64,000 nucleotides of DNA from Glaucostegus cemiculus (taxonomy: Eukaryota): positions 18,476,001-18,540,000 of the forward strand of contig CDPCPM010000056.1 of the NCBI GenBank assembly GCA_976551045.1. Direction: 5' to 3'. Both the position numbers and the translations under genes were made by a program. Below, in pieces: positions 12,985 to 25,015 of this stretch; within the stretch, counting starts at the first letter, position 1; each line of letters begins with the position of its first letter. Below the pieces are notes generated by a model. It searched no databases. It worked only from the letters and a program-made list of their open reading frames with translations, and was not told where the DNA came from.

Positions 12985-13069
12985 ATATTTATTTGACTCC
13001 TGAGTACTTTTTGGAGTGCCAATCTAATCAATGGCTCTCATTTGGAGCTTTCATAGTGAAGCAATGAGA

Positions 13070-13680
13070 AGGTTCAATTGATAGCAATCTTGCCTCGGAG
13101 TCGGGAGGTTCCATGATCAAGTTGTGCTCCGGAGACTAAAATACAAAAGTCTAGATTGACCCTCTAGTGCAGTGCTGAAGAATGTCACACTTTTAGGGAT
13201 GCTGTATTTTAGTTGAAATGTCAAACTAACACCATGTCTGCCTTCCAGATGAAGTAACCCCTGAGACCTTTTGAAGAACATTGTGAGGTGGTACCCTTTT
13301 TGTCCAAAGTAATAGCTATCCCCCAACCAACATCATAAGGATTTGGATAAGTCTATGGGTAGGAAGGGTTTAAAGGGATATGGCCCAAATGCAGGCAAAC
13401 GGGACTAGCTGGTGGGCACCAAGGTTAGCATGGATGTATTGGGCTGAAGGGCCTGTTTCCATGCTGTATTACTCTATGACTCTATAAAATTATTTGGTCA
13501 TTATTGTAGTGCAGTTTATGGGAACCTTCTGTGCACAAATTGGTTATGGTGCACAACTTGGTTACTGTTTTCCCTACATTACAAAAGTGACCACACATGA
13601 AAACTACTCAATGGGTATAAAGATCTTTGGAATGTCCAGAACAGGCTACCATGAACACTATGTAAATGCAAGCCTGTCTG
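13070..13680 (+). mobile_element. Deu-domain SINE (SacSINE1/AmnSINE-like), interrupted by a CR1 tail
   Basis: Deu-like body ttgaagaa...tgtcc...aat..tatccccaaccaacatca...ggtcattatt...tgtgcacaaattgg...cctacattacaaaagtgac, and L2-like tail tatgtaaatgcaag. Confidence 0.75.
13338..13486 (+). mobile_element. CR1 (HER1-like) 3' tail nested in the SINE
   Basis: gggatatggcccaaatgcaggcaaacgggactag...gggctgaagggcctgtttccatgctgtat(tactcta/tgactcta). Confidence 0.85.
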
Positions 13681-13859
13681 CATTAATACAACAAAGAAAG
13701 GAGCTCTTATCCATCACTATTTGAGCGAGAACCAGTTATCTCTTGTATCCCATTTCCTAAACTTGTTGATCCAATTTACAGGCTAACTTATTACTCTGCA
13801 TTTTCCAATGCTGAGCCGTCTCTTCAGAAGCATCTAATGCCTGACTCTCCATTTCACTT

Positions 13860-14145
13860 CCATGCTCTTGCTGGCAAGGATGGCCTTAATTTTCCTTGCT
13901 AGGTGACCTTATTTGCCCCATTTGAGTCAGTTAGACCAGTTCAAAAAGCACTTAAATATCAACCATCTTGGTATGGCTATAGTATGAGTAGTCCAGATCA
14001 AGTAAAATCAAGATTGTTACACTAATAATGTGCTTTTTTCTGGATATTTTGAAAACAGAAATAAAATTCTCAACTTGGCTTTATAACATTTGAATCCATT
14101 GTTCTGGATTACTAATGCAGCAACATTACTACTGCACCACCATCC
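13860..14145 (-). mobile_element. Old tRNA-derived SINE sharing its tail with the LINE family at 18125 and 23480
   Basis: Minus strand head ggatggtggtgcagtagtaatgttgctgcattagtaatccaga...ttcaaat and tail ...ccttgccagca. Confidence 0.5.
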
Positions 14146-14991
14146 AACAGTTAACTATACAATGAGTAGCGATAAAGGAAACATGTCAGTCCTATTTATA
14201 AGCAAACTGATAAGATCACGTTACCTCATTGTTTTGCGGCCTGTTTAGGTGTAGCCAACAGCACTAACTCCCTCAGAGGTCCAGGTAATAGTGTATAATC
14301 TATATCTGAGGGTACTTTGTAACGTTATGGCTGCTGAGTTTGGAAAAATGTTCTCAGTTTTCTTTGGTTCCTCACTTTGCTCCCTTGATGGTTATCTTAG
14401 ATATTGATAACTCATTTTAGTGAATTGTGGGTTCTTCTATACCAGTGTAGCTGACTATCACTTTAACTCACTTAGACACAGCATTAAGGAAACACAACTG
14501 TTAACTTGGCAATCAGATCTCAAATGAAAGCGAAGCATGGTAACGGCAGGTAACCACATGACATGCTGTCTTACAATAATAGCAACTCACCAACCTTAAA
14601 GTAGCAGTTACATTTAGCAGCTTGTACATACACTACACCAATATCCTTTGTTTTGTTGGTATGCAATTACATCCATGTTAAGAAAGCACTGATTGCGACA
14701 GTGATTACCAACTTATAAACAAAAGACTTTAAAAGATTAAAATAAATCAATACAATGCATAAATAGAATCAATAAGCAGAATGTGATATCAAGTACAAAA
14801 GCCGTTCCCAACTTAAAGCATTTGGGACATATCTGGCATAATTTCCAGTGACACATTGCTTGCAATGGAAATCACATCACTGCTACAGCTACTCTGTGCC
14901 AGTCTCTTTGATAGTGGAAGTGAACTGATAGCTTAGCATCATTCCTTGTCCTTTTGAAATATAATAACATTTAAAATAAAATCTCAAAACT

Positions 14992-15284
14992 TAGTGTAGC
15001 AGTTAGTGTAATGCTATTATGGTGCCAGTGACCTGGGGTCAAATCGGGCCACTGACTGTAAGAAGTTTGTACTTTCTCCCTGTGACTGTGTGGGTTTCCT
15101 CCGGGTGCTCCGGTTTCCTCCCACATTCCAAAGACGTATGGGTTAGGAAGTTGTGGGCATGCTATGTTGGCACTGGAAGCGTGGCGACACTTGCAGACCC
15201 CCGGAACACTCTATGCAAAAGATGTATTTCACTGTGTGTTTTGATATACATGTGACAAATAAAGATATCATATCTTATCTTATA
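14992..15284 (+). mobile_element. tRNA-derived V-SINE with Rex1-like tail
   Basis: A/B-box-like head, V domain GTGGGTTTCCTCCGGGTGCTCCGGTTTCCTCCCACATTCCAAAGACGT, tail TTTCACTGTG...GTGACAAATAAAGA(TCTTA)n. Same family as 57592. Confidence 0.9.
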
Positions 15285-17714
15285 AGATTAAAAATGTATT
15301 TTGATATTCTTTTTCAAGCCCAATATGTCTTTGGGCTATGTACTATGTTATACTATGCTACTTCCTCCTTACTAAAACTGTCACCTACACTCAAATTTTC
15401 TTGCTAATTTCCCAAAATCAAATTACAGCTGACTCAAAGTTTCACTGTCTATGTTCTATCCTATGTTAAGTCAACCTTATTTAGTGTCCTTGATGTCATT
15501 ATTCTTAACCCCCCATATACATTTGGCTGGAGTTTACTCTGGAGGGAAATTTTGATTGTGAACGCTATTGTGAATTCAGGAAATCTGTACTAGGGAACTT
15601 AATTGTTCTATTTGATTATTATGATGCCATAAACGGTGGTAGTTGAGGACTCTAACTGCAGGGAATGGGTTCTGATTGATTGGGGAGGCAATCCACAAAG
15701 AATCTTATTGCAAGGAGGCGTTTCTGAATGCAAGGATGAGATCTGTTATAGTCAGGGGCGCCTGGTAATAATCAGGTGTGGAATCTGGTAATAGGCAGGG
15801 AAATCCCAGTTGTTGGGGAGTGACCCCAGTGCAGGTTCCTGCTTTTGGTCATGTGTGGCACAAAGGGTCTGTAAATGATCAGTGGGAGGGCCGATCACAT
15901 GGATTTACTAAGCCCTGAGTAGCTTTTTCGGTTGCTCTTCTTTCATAAAGGCTTCTGTGGATTTAGCCTCTCAAGCAGCTGCCAAGCCCGGAAAACTCTG
16001 GTTTAGGACATTAAATAAGGTTAAGATGAAGGCAAGCAACCATGTTATAATATTTAAAAGTCCAAACCAATTGTTGTAAGCAAATTGTTCACTTTGACCC
16101 TTATCCCTCTTCCCATCACAGGTTTGTGGTGGGTTTGGTTCCTTTTACAGATTTCTTGAAATATAACCTCTGACATCACTCCAGCCTGCTCGATTTTCTG
16201 AATTAAAATTCAGCCCGTTGTCTTCAACATCTTGGTGTAATTTACAAATCCCCTCATGTGCGACTTCCATTCTTAATCCCAACTCTGACATCTTCAGAGA
16301 GGACCTCAGTGCTCCCCTCTCTATCCCTGTGACACACCAATACTGGCAGAGCACACAGTCATTGTAGACCTGCTTTGTAGAATTCTCCTTTGCAACTCCC
16401 CTACTATTCTGCATCTCTCTCCTGGTTCAAACGTCTCTTCCACAACCTTCATTCATTGGATCTTTGATCACCTTACCCTTTCCAAATTCAGTTTTGGTGT
16501 TATTTTCTGTGCCTCTGTCTAATACCAAGAAAATTTCCAGGCAGACAATATAAAAATACAAACGGTACAAATAAATAGATGGAATTAATTCTAATTACAT
16601 ATTGTGCACTGAATTTATTGATAGCAGAGGGTTATATAACCATCTCGGTGAATTAATAGGATCTTCTGTACATCGGTTTGAAATTTTTGCTCATATCTTG
16701 TAATCTGTATTCTGCTGGATAAGTAAAATGTCAGTACAACTCAAACACAGAACTCAGTGGTGCTTTAAACCTGACTTTTTGAATAATCAGAAAAATTATT
16801 TAGTTATCCACTGTGAATGCTGCATAGATGCTGATCATAATGTATGGTTTAGGTCTGGAGTTACATAAGCAAAAAGATATCACTCCCTAAACCATTGCTT
16901 GCTCAATAAAGAGGAACATTATACTGTAACCAATGCTTTGCCTCATGCCCTTCAGGACAAGTGGAGACTTTACATTGGTAATATCAATAACTCTTTAAAT
17001 TACACTTTCATCCATTCTTAGGAAACCAGGAAGCTTGTATAATTTCAAAATAAATGTAGCAAGGCACGAACAGTCCAAATTAAATTCAGCAAGATCATAA
17101 ATATATCTGTTAAGGTAGCTGGAGATCATTTAAAAAAAAAACATTGTGAATGATAAATTCATCTTATTGCCAATTAGATTAACAGTGAGAGACACCGGGC
17201 ACTTTGTGCTTAGAGGAAGAAGAAAATTGGCTTTCAGTTATAATGTGTTTCTATTTCATCTTTGTTGTAGGGAAAATCTAAATGAATGGACGAGAAGAAA
17301 ATGTTCATCTGGCTGTTTATCAAAACAGTAATTATATTATTTGGAAAATCCAATACGATGGCAGTATATGAAGACTGTCTAATTATAATACTTAATCTTC
17401 AACTGTCTACAACCCCAATTTACAATATGAATTGGGCAGCATTGGATTAGAAACTTAGAAACCAACTTTGTGTCAATTCCATCCCTGAGGCCTACCCAAA
17501 GTGATTAATCAGCAAGCCTTAGTTTAGATAGTCAATGCTCTTCCCTAAGACCAGCATCGGTAAATAAAACATATGTTTCAGGGTCCTCACACAAAGTCCT
17601 CAGTACAATTTTGGTCTTGCACAGAATGGAGCTCACTGTAGGCACACTGTGAGCTAAACAGTGAACTCAGTTTGTAAAAAGGTTTGAAAATTAATGGTAA
17701 AATACTGTTTCTTT

Positions 17715-17870
17715 GTGGGAAATATGAAATAAACACAGAAAATGCTGAAAATATTCAGCAGGCCAGGAAGCATGTGTTCTAGTGAAATGTCATTGATAGA
17801 AACCTTATCTGTATCTCCTTCTCTACAAATGTTGCTTGATGAGTACTCCCAGCATTTCTGTTTCATTTCA
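17715..17870. mobile_element. Palindromic PLE-derived short element, internally deleted
   Basis: gaaatatgaaataaacacagaaaatgctgaaaatattcagcagg ... gagtactcccagcatttctgtttcatttca form inverted arms. Confidence 0.75.
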
Positions 17871-18124
17871 ATGAAAATAATAGTGTATTACCTTAAAATG
17901 ATAGCTACTTTCTTATGTGTAATTGTTAGAATAGGGAGTCTGTTTAGATACCTGTCCAGATTCAATGGCTTCAGTCTAAATATTTTACTTTTATGGAGCT
18001 GAATTACACTAGCTTGCACTGCTTATACTTTGATCAAAGGTTTTCCAATCATGGTCAGGTTGTGCTGCCTTTTGCACATAGCCTTCTTCAATTTTACCAA
18101 TGTTGATCATTTACTTTTGGCTAG

Positions 18125-18405
18125 GTTGTTTTGGGATGGCCCCCATTTATTGTCCATCCCACTTACTCTTGCTGAGGTGGTGATCCTGGACTACACCTCT
18201 CTAAGTTGACAATTTTTTAAAGTTTTACGTGAGGAGTTCCAAGGTGTAACCAAGAGAGGGCACAGCAATATACTTCCAAGTCTGGATTGTGTATGACTTG
18301 CAAGGGAACTTGAGATAGCGATGTTCCAATGCACCTGTTGCCCTTGTTTGCCCGGGGGTAGAAGCTGCTGTTTGGAAGATGCTGGCACGGAATCTTTGGT
18401 GAATT
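18125..18405 (-). mobile_element. CR1-clade LINE 3' end (second family)
   Basis: catttattgtccatccc...gagttccaagg...caatatacttccaagtctggattgtgtatgacttgcaagggaacttg. Reverse-complement homologue of 23480-23920. Confidence 0.75.
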
Positions 18406-19409
18406 AATACCAGATGTGGTGATGTTTGAGTTGAGACATTAAACTTTTTCTTATCTAGTAGAGTGAGAGAATCATAACAACAGGTATAATTAATGTTGCT
18501 TATTTTAAACGGTATAACTTATATTCACAAAATATAAAATATAAAGAATATATCCTTTATTTGGCATAAACAGAATAAGTGCTCTGCAAACTGAGCTGTA
18601 GTCTTAGACTTCTTTATTATTTTTAATGGACTCTCATGAAGAAATACAGAGAGCGCAGTGTGTATCGGTCAGAAGAACAGAACTCCACAACTTCACTATC
18701 TCACCTCTCTGGAAACCCTTAGATGTGGTGGGTGAAAGAACCATCTTCCAGTAGCCAAAACGTTTTGCTTTCTGTATTAACAAAGGAGATTTTCAACCGA
18801 CTCAGATAGGCTGTGTTTGTTGCAGATTAATTTTATTACATTTTTCAGCTCCCATCAAAGCTCTACAATTTCTACCAGGCCTTATATGCGTGAGAGAGAT
18901 GGCGCCAGGTTCCTTGGTTGCAACTTTAATTAAATTCTTCTGGCACTCCCAGTGCAAAGAACTGGTTGCCCTTCAGCACTTAGAAAAGCAACAGTCCTAT
19001 GACACTGTTTACCGTGGGCAGCCTGATAACCACAGAGTTAACAGACTGATACCCACAGTGTTGTTGTAAGGCTGTCCTACATTTATGGCAAAACACCACT
19101 GACATTGTGAAGATTTCCACACACTTAGTTTTCAAACAGCCTTCACTTAAGACCACTCAGGGCTGTGAAATAAGTATCCATTTTGCACTGCTATGCACAA
19201 AGTGGCACCTCTAAGAGGAATACCTTTGATGTATTATTGGGGAAAATTGGATTTCCTAGGTTTGTTTGGGTGCAAGTTAGTCTATAACATTGGGCAAGTC
19301 TCTGCTGAATGTTAAAGAGAAAAGAAAAGAACTTCTAAAATTATTTGTGGTAATTTAGACCATAATAAACTAGCTTCATTGCTTTAACACACAGAACTAG
19401 TATTAATTC

Positions 19410-19546
19410 AAAAGCAAAATACTGCAAATTCTAGAGACTAGAAATGGAAAAGAAGATGCTTGAAATAAGCTATTCAGAGATCAACTGTAGAGACAGAGAG
19501 AGAAAGGGAGGGAGGGACGGAGGGGAGAGAGGGAGAGAGAGAGAGA
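19410..19546 (+). repeat. Decayed PLE terminal-repeat arm running into a GA/GGA-rich microsatellite
   Basis: aaagcaaaatactgcaaattctagaga...agatgcttgaaata, then (GA)n/(GGAG)n at 19495-19546. Confidence 0.55.
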
Positions 19547-20371
19547 TATTACTCTCTCAGGTTACTCACCATTAATATTATTTTGGGGTTAACTGACACA
19601 AAAGTTTTACTTATTAACAACTTGAAAGCATCAACAATTATTTTATTATTAGTTGCCAGCTCCTTTCATATTAAGGATCCATAATTGTAATATTAATGCT
19701 GTTTAGAGAATTATCTGAGACTAAACAGACCAGATCAGACTTGAACAATTCACTTCAGTAAGTCTCATATTGTTGAACATATGGATGAGTCCTACAAGCT
19801 GCAGAGAAAAAACAGCTAGGTCCCAGTCGACAAGAAGGAACCACATGAACCAGAATTTTTGGAGAGAATCTGCTTGCCACCAGTAGCAAAGCCACCTTCT
19901 CCTCATTAAGTACATTTTTGAGGAAGCTATATGTGGATTGAATGATCTTCTGTTTTTGGGCTTGCAAATATACAACCAAAGCACAACATCATGTCCCATG
20001 ACAAGTATCAGTAAACTGAATTTCCTTAGCATTTAATTTTCAAGCTAGGCACACACTTGACAAAAATCAGTTTGAAGTCTATAACCAAGAAATGAGTGCC
20101 TGTAATGTAAAGGAACATGGTGTTAAAATTGGTTCTTGCATGTAGTGTCAGTAGGACAGGCTAATTCTATCCTCTGTGGGTAAAGATACCAATAACTAAA
20201 TCCACAACTCTGAAACCACTTAAGTTCCTCACCAGTTAATGAAAATCTGAATAGTTGACAACCACCACCAAATAATTATTCAAATTAACAATTTGGACAG
20301 CATCTTTGCTACCAGAAACACACAAGAATCATCAATACCTCAAATGGTCCAGTAGAAAAGACAAATTAAAT

Positions 20372-20630
20372 GGTTGGCTGTTCAAAAATGAGGGTTAATC
20401 TCTCAAAGCATGGTTCATGGCATTGCTAAGAAATCTCCATGTTGCACAGTGAAAAAAAATACAATGGAAAACATTACAGAAACAAGAATATCATTGAGTA
20501 AACATCTGATATGCTGAAACAATGCTTGAGCTGTTTAGATCTCTGTGGGAGTGTTCTAAAGTATGCCCCTGAAAGAGCTGGCAGAATGATGGTGGTGTAC
20601 TAGACGCTGCATAATATAGCCATTAAAAAG
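20372..20630 (+). pseudogene. PIF/Harbinger (HARBI1-like) transposase C-terminal fossil
   Basis: GWLFKNEG*SLKAWFMALLRN / YNGKHYRNKNIIE*TSDMLKQCLSCLDLCGSVLKYAPERAGRMMVVY*TLHNIAI. Matches the GWLLGD..YP..WLMTP / YN..H..TR..IE..FG.LK.RFRCL..SGG.L.Y.PE....CC.LHNIA pattern, with stops and a frameshift. Confidence 0.85.
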
Positions 20631-20914
20631 GCACATTAGTATTTATTTCCTATGCTCTCCATCTTTCAATTCTAATAAATGGCTACACCCAGGTGCTAAC
20701 ATTTTGTTCCTCTTTAAAGATTCTAATACATTTGCTGGTACTTCCAGCATTTGTTGGTTGTTTCTTTTCATTCCTCAACAGTACTATTTATACCAAGACC
20801 ATTAATTTTGAAATTATTTTTTGACGATAAGGCAATATAATATGTCAAGCTTTTATTGAAACTCATAGTGCAATTATTTTTTGCATTAAATGTTATGCAA
20901 GAAAGGTGTTTCTA

Positions 20915-21322
20915 TCAATCTTTACAATCTAAGTTTGTTTTACTGCACTTTGAAATGCAGTCACTCTTTAATATGGAAAAAGTGGCAGCTGATTTATGCA
21001 CATCAAGTTCTCACTTGCAGCAATGTGATAATGACCAGGTAATCTGTTTGTGTGATGTTGATTGAGAAATCAATGTTGGCCAGAGTACCAGAGATAATTT
21101 TCCTGCTCTTCTTCAACATATTTCTCCAGTGCCTTTTATAACTACCTGAGAGGGCAGATGTGGCAGATAACATCTCATTTAAGAAGTGGTAACTCTAAGA
21201 GTGTGGGACCCCGTTAGTCCTGCACTGAAGTGTTATCTTAGATTTCTGTGCTTGATACCCTGGAGCATGACTTGAATCCTTCTCTTTCTGATTCATGGGC
21301 GAGATTGCTACCGTGACTCACA
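20915..21322 (-). mobile_element. Deu-domain SINE (SacSINE1-like)
   Basis: cagcaatgtgataatgaccaggtaatctg...gatgttgattgag...ttggccag...cctgctcttcttcaa is the reverse complement of the Deu domain. tRNA-like head near 21270-21320. Confidence 0.8.
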
Positions 21323-23479
21323 ATGAGAAGACTCAACGTATGTCCCTCTGCGGAACATATTTTGACTCCATTTCTCTTACACTCCACCCTATTGGATGTG
21401 CAAAGGCTTCCTGAGAGATTTACTGCATGTGGGTTTGTGAATCAGCTTGTCATTAGTTCTGCGTGCAGCAAATCCAGATGGTCTTGTTTATCTGCCAGGA
21501 ACAGCCTGTCCCATCCTACTCAAGGGAACCTACATACATGCAGTGGCTTTTCCAGTTTGTTGCTGAGAGCCACTGGCAAGGGAATGGCAGTAAGTTGAGA
21601 AGCTGGTTCAGCATTTTTAGTCATCAATTTCTGGCTAGGAATCATACTGCAGAGGCAATCCTCTGGTGTCATGCACATTCAATGACTTTGTGCTGGAAGG
21701 TGACACTAAACATTAAATACATATATGACAAATGCAAGTGTTTTCAAAATGCATGTCACATCACTAGTGCTAAAGCAACTGCGAAGCTGGAGTGCTTGCA
21801 ATAGTCAACAGTGCACACAAAACTTAATGTATTGACTTCATGCCAGCTTTCCATCTAAAGCAGAAAACCAAAGTTAACATACAAAGTTGGCAATCCTTTT
21901 GACCTGCTGCTGGATTTATAAGCTTTGCCCTGAATAAACAAGGTTGTTGCTGCTGGAATATGATTTAAGGTCACTTACTATCCTGTCTACGCTGGCATGC
22001 CAGCCAATGCCACCTCGATCTGGGTCCTGAGAAGGGTGGCTTGAGTGCCTGTCTGGTTCAAGCTCAGAGTCCACTTGTAAAATACAAGTTAGCAAGCCTA
22101 GAGGATCAAAATTGCAACCTTGCGTGAAGCCCACTCAAAAAAAAGATTGAGAAGAATTTTAACTGCTGTCTTTGTAAGTCAAGGAAAACAGTGGTACATT
22201 GCCAGGTACTATTGTCCTCAACCCACGACTACCTTATGCAAGGCCCACCCAGGTATCAACCCCTCCAGATGGCTCCACTTAGGAGCTAGCCAATTCCACC
22301 AACCCCCCATCCCCTAACCCACTGACAACTCAATACCCCAAGGTCAATGACCTTGATTTGGCAGATGGAGTTTGCCAGCTGCATGCAGAAGAGGCCTGGT
22401 CCTCAATATGGTCTGAAATGACTTGCCCACAGAAATTTGTAATTTTCAGCTACATCTGTGAATCATTATAATCAGCCTTCAGTGCCTTTCAACTGCATCA
22501 GTCTAACCTTTACTTATTTTTCTGATTCGTCTCTTCTGATTCTGCTCTGCTGGAGCTCAGATTCATAATTCATGCATTTAACACAAGGCACCCATAAACT
22601 CACCTGACTTTGAAAAGATAGCATCTGTGCCCACTTACATATGTGCCAAAGTTCATAAATGAAGCTTACATTAAGGCCTCAAAAGCAAATTGAGTAAATT
22701 TACAACAACTGGTACATTCACCAGAAGCTGACTCTGAGAAAACTGCAGCATAGCACTTGTGAGATGGTGCTCTGTCCACCTGTACATAAGATCAAAGACG
22801 TTATGATAGTGTTGGCAGGGGTGTAGGAGTTGGGCTACCTCAAGAAGATTGGTAAAGGAGAACCCAACATTGCCCATGCTCAGTTTCAGAAGGTCTTAAT
22901 GAGGCTGTCTCAACCTCAGGCAAAGCTCCATTAAGCAGCATCCTTGATAAAATTAATTTCCATCAACATCTCTTACCTCATTCAGATAAAATGGGCATCT
23001 TCACACTCTAGGGACTGATTGAACAGCTTTCTGAAAAGTGGCTTTATGGTTTGAGACAAAAGATATTTCAGTTATGTTTAAAACTACATTTTGTTACATC
23101 TTACTTGTTTGCTTTTGCTGGATAGTTATGGTATCTTATGCATTTCTTTGTATTCCCAATACTTTCCTCATTTATCTTTTTACCTAGTAGGTGGAAACTC
23201 CATGATTTAGATAGAAGGGCCAGCAATAACATCTGGCCTGTTTTCTAGCATATTACCCTCGTCCAAGCTCTCGTTGGGGCCCATGTTAGAGGAGACTAGT
23301 GTTCACCACTTCCTCAAAAGGCTGGCTCCTATAGAATTGTATCATCTGCTGCGTGCATTTAACATCTGGAAGAGAAACATTTCTTTCCGTTACCACAGCT
23401 TGAAGCTTTCATGTTCCTGGTTTTTTCCAAGATACCTCTGGGAAGATTTGCTGCCTCAGGCACTCTGCAGTTTGTATCC

Positions 23480-23920
23480 AGAAAATGTCAAAAGGCAATG
23501 CAAGGGGACTACCTTCATCACTGTTCCCCAACAGGTTCCCTTCCAAGTCACATGCCATCCTGACTTTTAAATATATCACAGTTCCTTCATTGTTTCTGGG
23601 ACTAAATAATCATGGAATTCCCTACCCCATAACACAGTGGGAGTTCCTTCACATAAGAGATTGCAAAGGTTCAGCGTACCTGAACCTTTGCATACAAATG
23701 ATGTAAATAAGCCCACTTCTGACAGCCTACCTACCAGGTAGGTTAATTTGGGGGGTTAAAATGGGCGGCGTGGACTCGTTGGGCTGAAAGGGCCTGTTAC
23801 CACGCTGTAAATAAAATTTTAAAAAATGATAGTTCACCACTACTTTCTCAAGGGCAACTGGGGATGGACAATAAATTCTGGCCTTGTCAGAAATGCCCAC
23901 AGAGCAAAAAATGCATAATT
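23480..23920 (+). mobile_element. CR1-clade LINE 3' end with nested insertion
   Basis: caggttcccttccaagtcacatgccatcctgactt...ggaattccctacc...caccactactttctcaagggcaactggggatggacaataaattctggccttg. Confidence 0.75.
23738..23826 (+). mobile_element. 5'-truncated HE1-like SINE tail (young, CpGs retained)
   Basis: gtaggttaatttgggggg...gggcggcgtggactcgttgggctgaaagggcctgttaccacgctgtaaataaaa. Confidence 0.7.
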
Positions 23921-24189
23921 ATAAACTTTTGTCATGAAAAGAAAGCATCAGCAAAGGAGGGCACAAAGTTCTCTGAATTGCAAATCACCAGCAAGGCTCA
24001 TGCCGTTTTTATTTTTGCATCTGAGCAGCTAGCCTACCTGCAAATAAATGCATATTCCAGCTTTCCCGCAATAAATGAGCAATGGTATTTTACATGGTAC
24101 ATCCCAGAAAGAGGTGGCTGCATTCCCAGTTTGTATTTGTATTTGATAGGTCTATATAGATGAACATGTAGCAAGGATTGCCTTGTCCA

Positions 24190-24790
24190 GCTCCGTTACA
24201 TCATTGCCGATGCTTTAGCCTACCTTCCACTGAATCCTCATCCATGCCTCCATCATAGCCAGAGCTGTTTACTTCAATGCCCTTCTGGCCAGCCGCCCAC
24301 CTTCCACCTTCCACATACCTCAGCTAATATAAACCCTGTTGTCTGTATTATTTCCAAAACATGTCCTATTTGCATTTCAGCCATATCCTTTATGTTCTAC
24401 ATTGACTACATACTCAAGTGGAAAATATCTTATCCTTGCCTTGAAATCTAGCACTGTCCCCCATCCTCCGCACCTTCTCTTTCACTAACACAATCCTTCC
24501 CATTCCAACTCTGGCCTCTCACACTGCTTCCCTTTTCGCACATGACCAGAACACAAACCTTCAACTGTTGAAGCAGTGCACTCTAGATTTTCATCCCAGG
24601 TCCTTATGACTCTCCACTTCCCCCTCCTTCTTTAAGGTTCTCCTTAAAAATGTGTCCTTTTGATCAAGCTTTCAGTTGCCATTCTAACATCCCTGTTCAG
24701 TTTGGCATCCAGTTGTACCCTTACATCTTTGTGATCCACCCATGAATGGCCATTTGCTGCATCATTGGCTCTATATAATTGTTGTTGTAA
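24190..24790 (+). mobile_element. L2 LINE 3' fragment
   Basis: LIHASIIARAVYFNALLASRPPSTFHIPQLI resembles L2 LIHAFITSRLDYCNALLAGLP..TL..LQLIQN. Typical 3' end ccttaaaa...tttgatcaagctttc...ctatataa(ttg)n. Confidence 0.8.
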
Positions 24791-24947
24791 AAATTCCAGG
24801 TCTGCCACACTGTGGTGCAACTTGTTGAATGGTCCATGCAACACTGGTTTTCCCTTTTTAACTACAACTTTAAGTGCAGACAAAACCATAATGTACAGGT
24901 CATAAAAATTCACACAGCTGCACACATACAAACAGAGCACCAGAGGT

Positions 24948-25015
24948 AACGATTTGCATTTATATAGCACTTGACACATAAAGAAATGTCTCAGAACACT
25001 TTACAAGAGAGTCTG
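24948..25015 (-). mobile_element. L2/SINE 3' tail fragment
   Basis: ttgcatttatatagcac...gtctcagaacactttaca. Confidence 0.55.

Noticed and set aside
15744-16050. Possible solo LTR starting TGTTATA
   Set aside because: No matching CA terminus, TSD, PBS/PPT or second copy was found.
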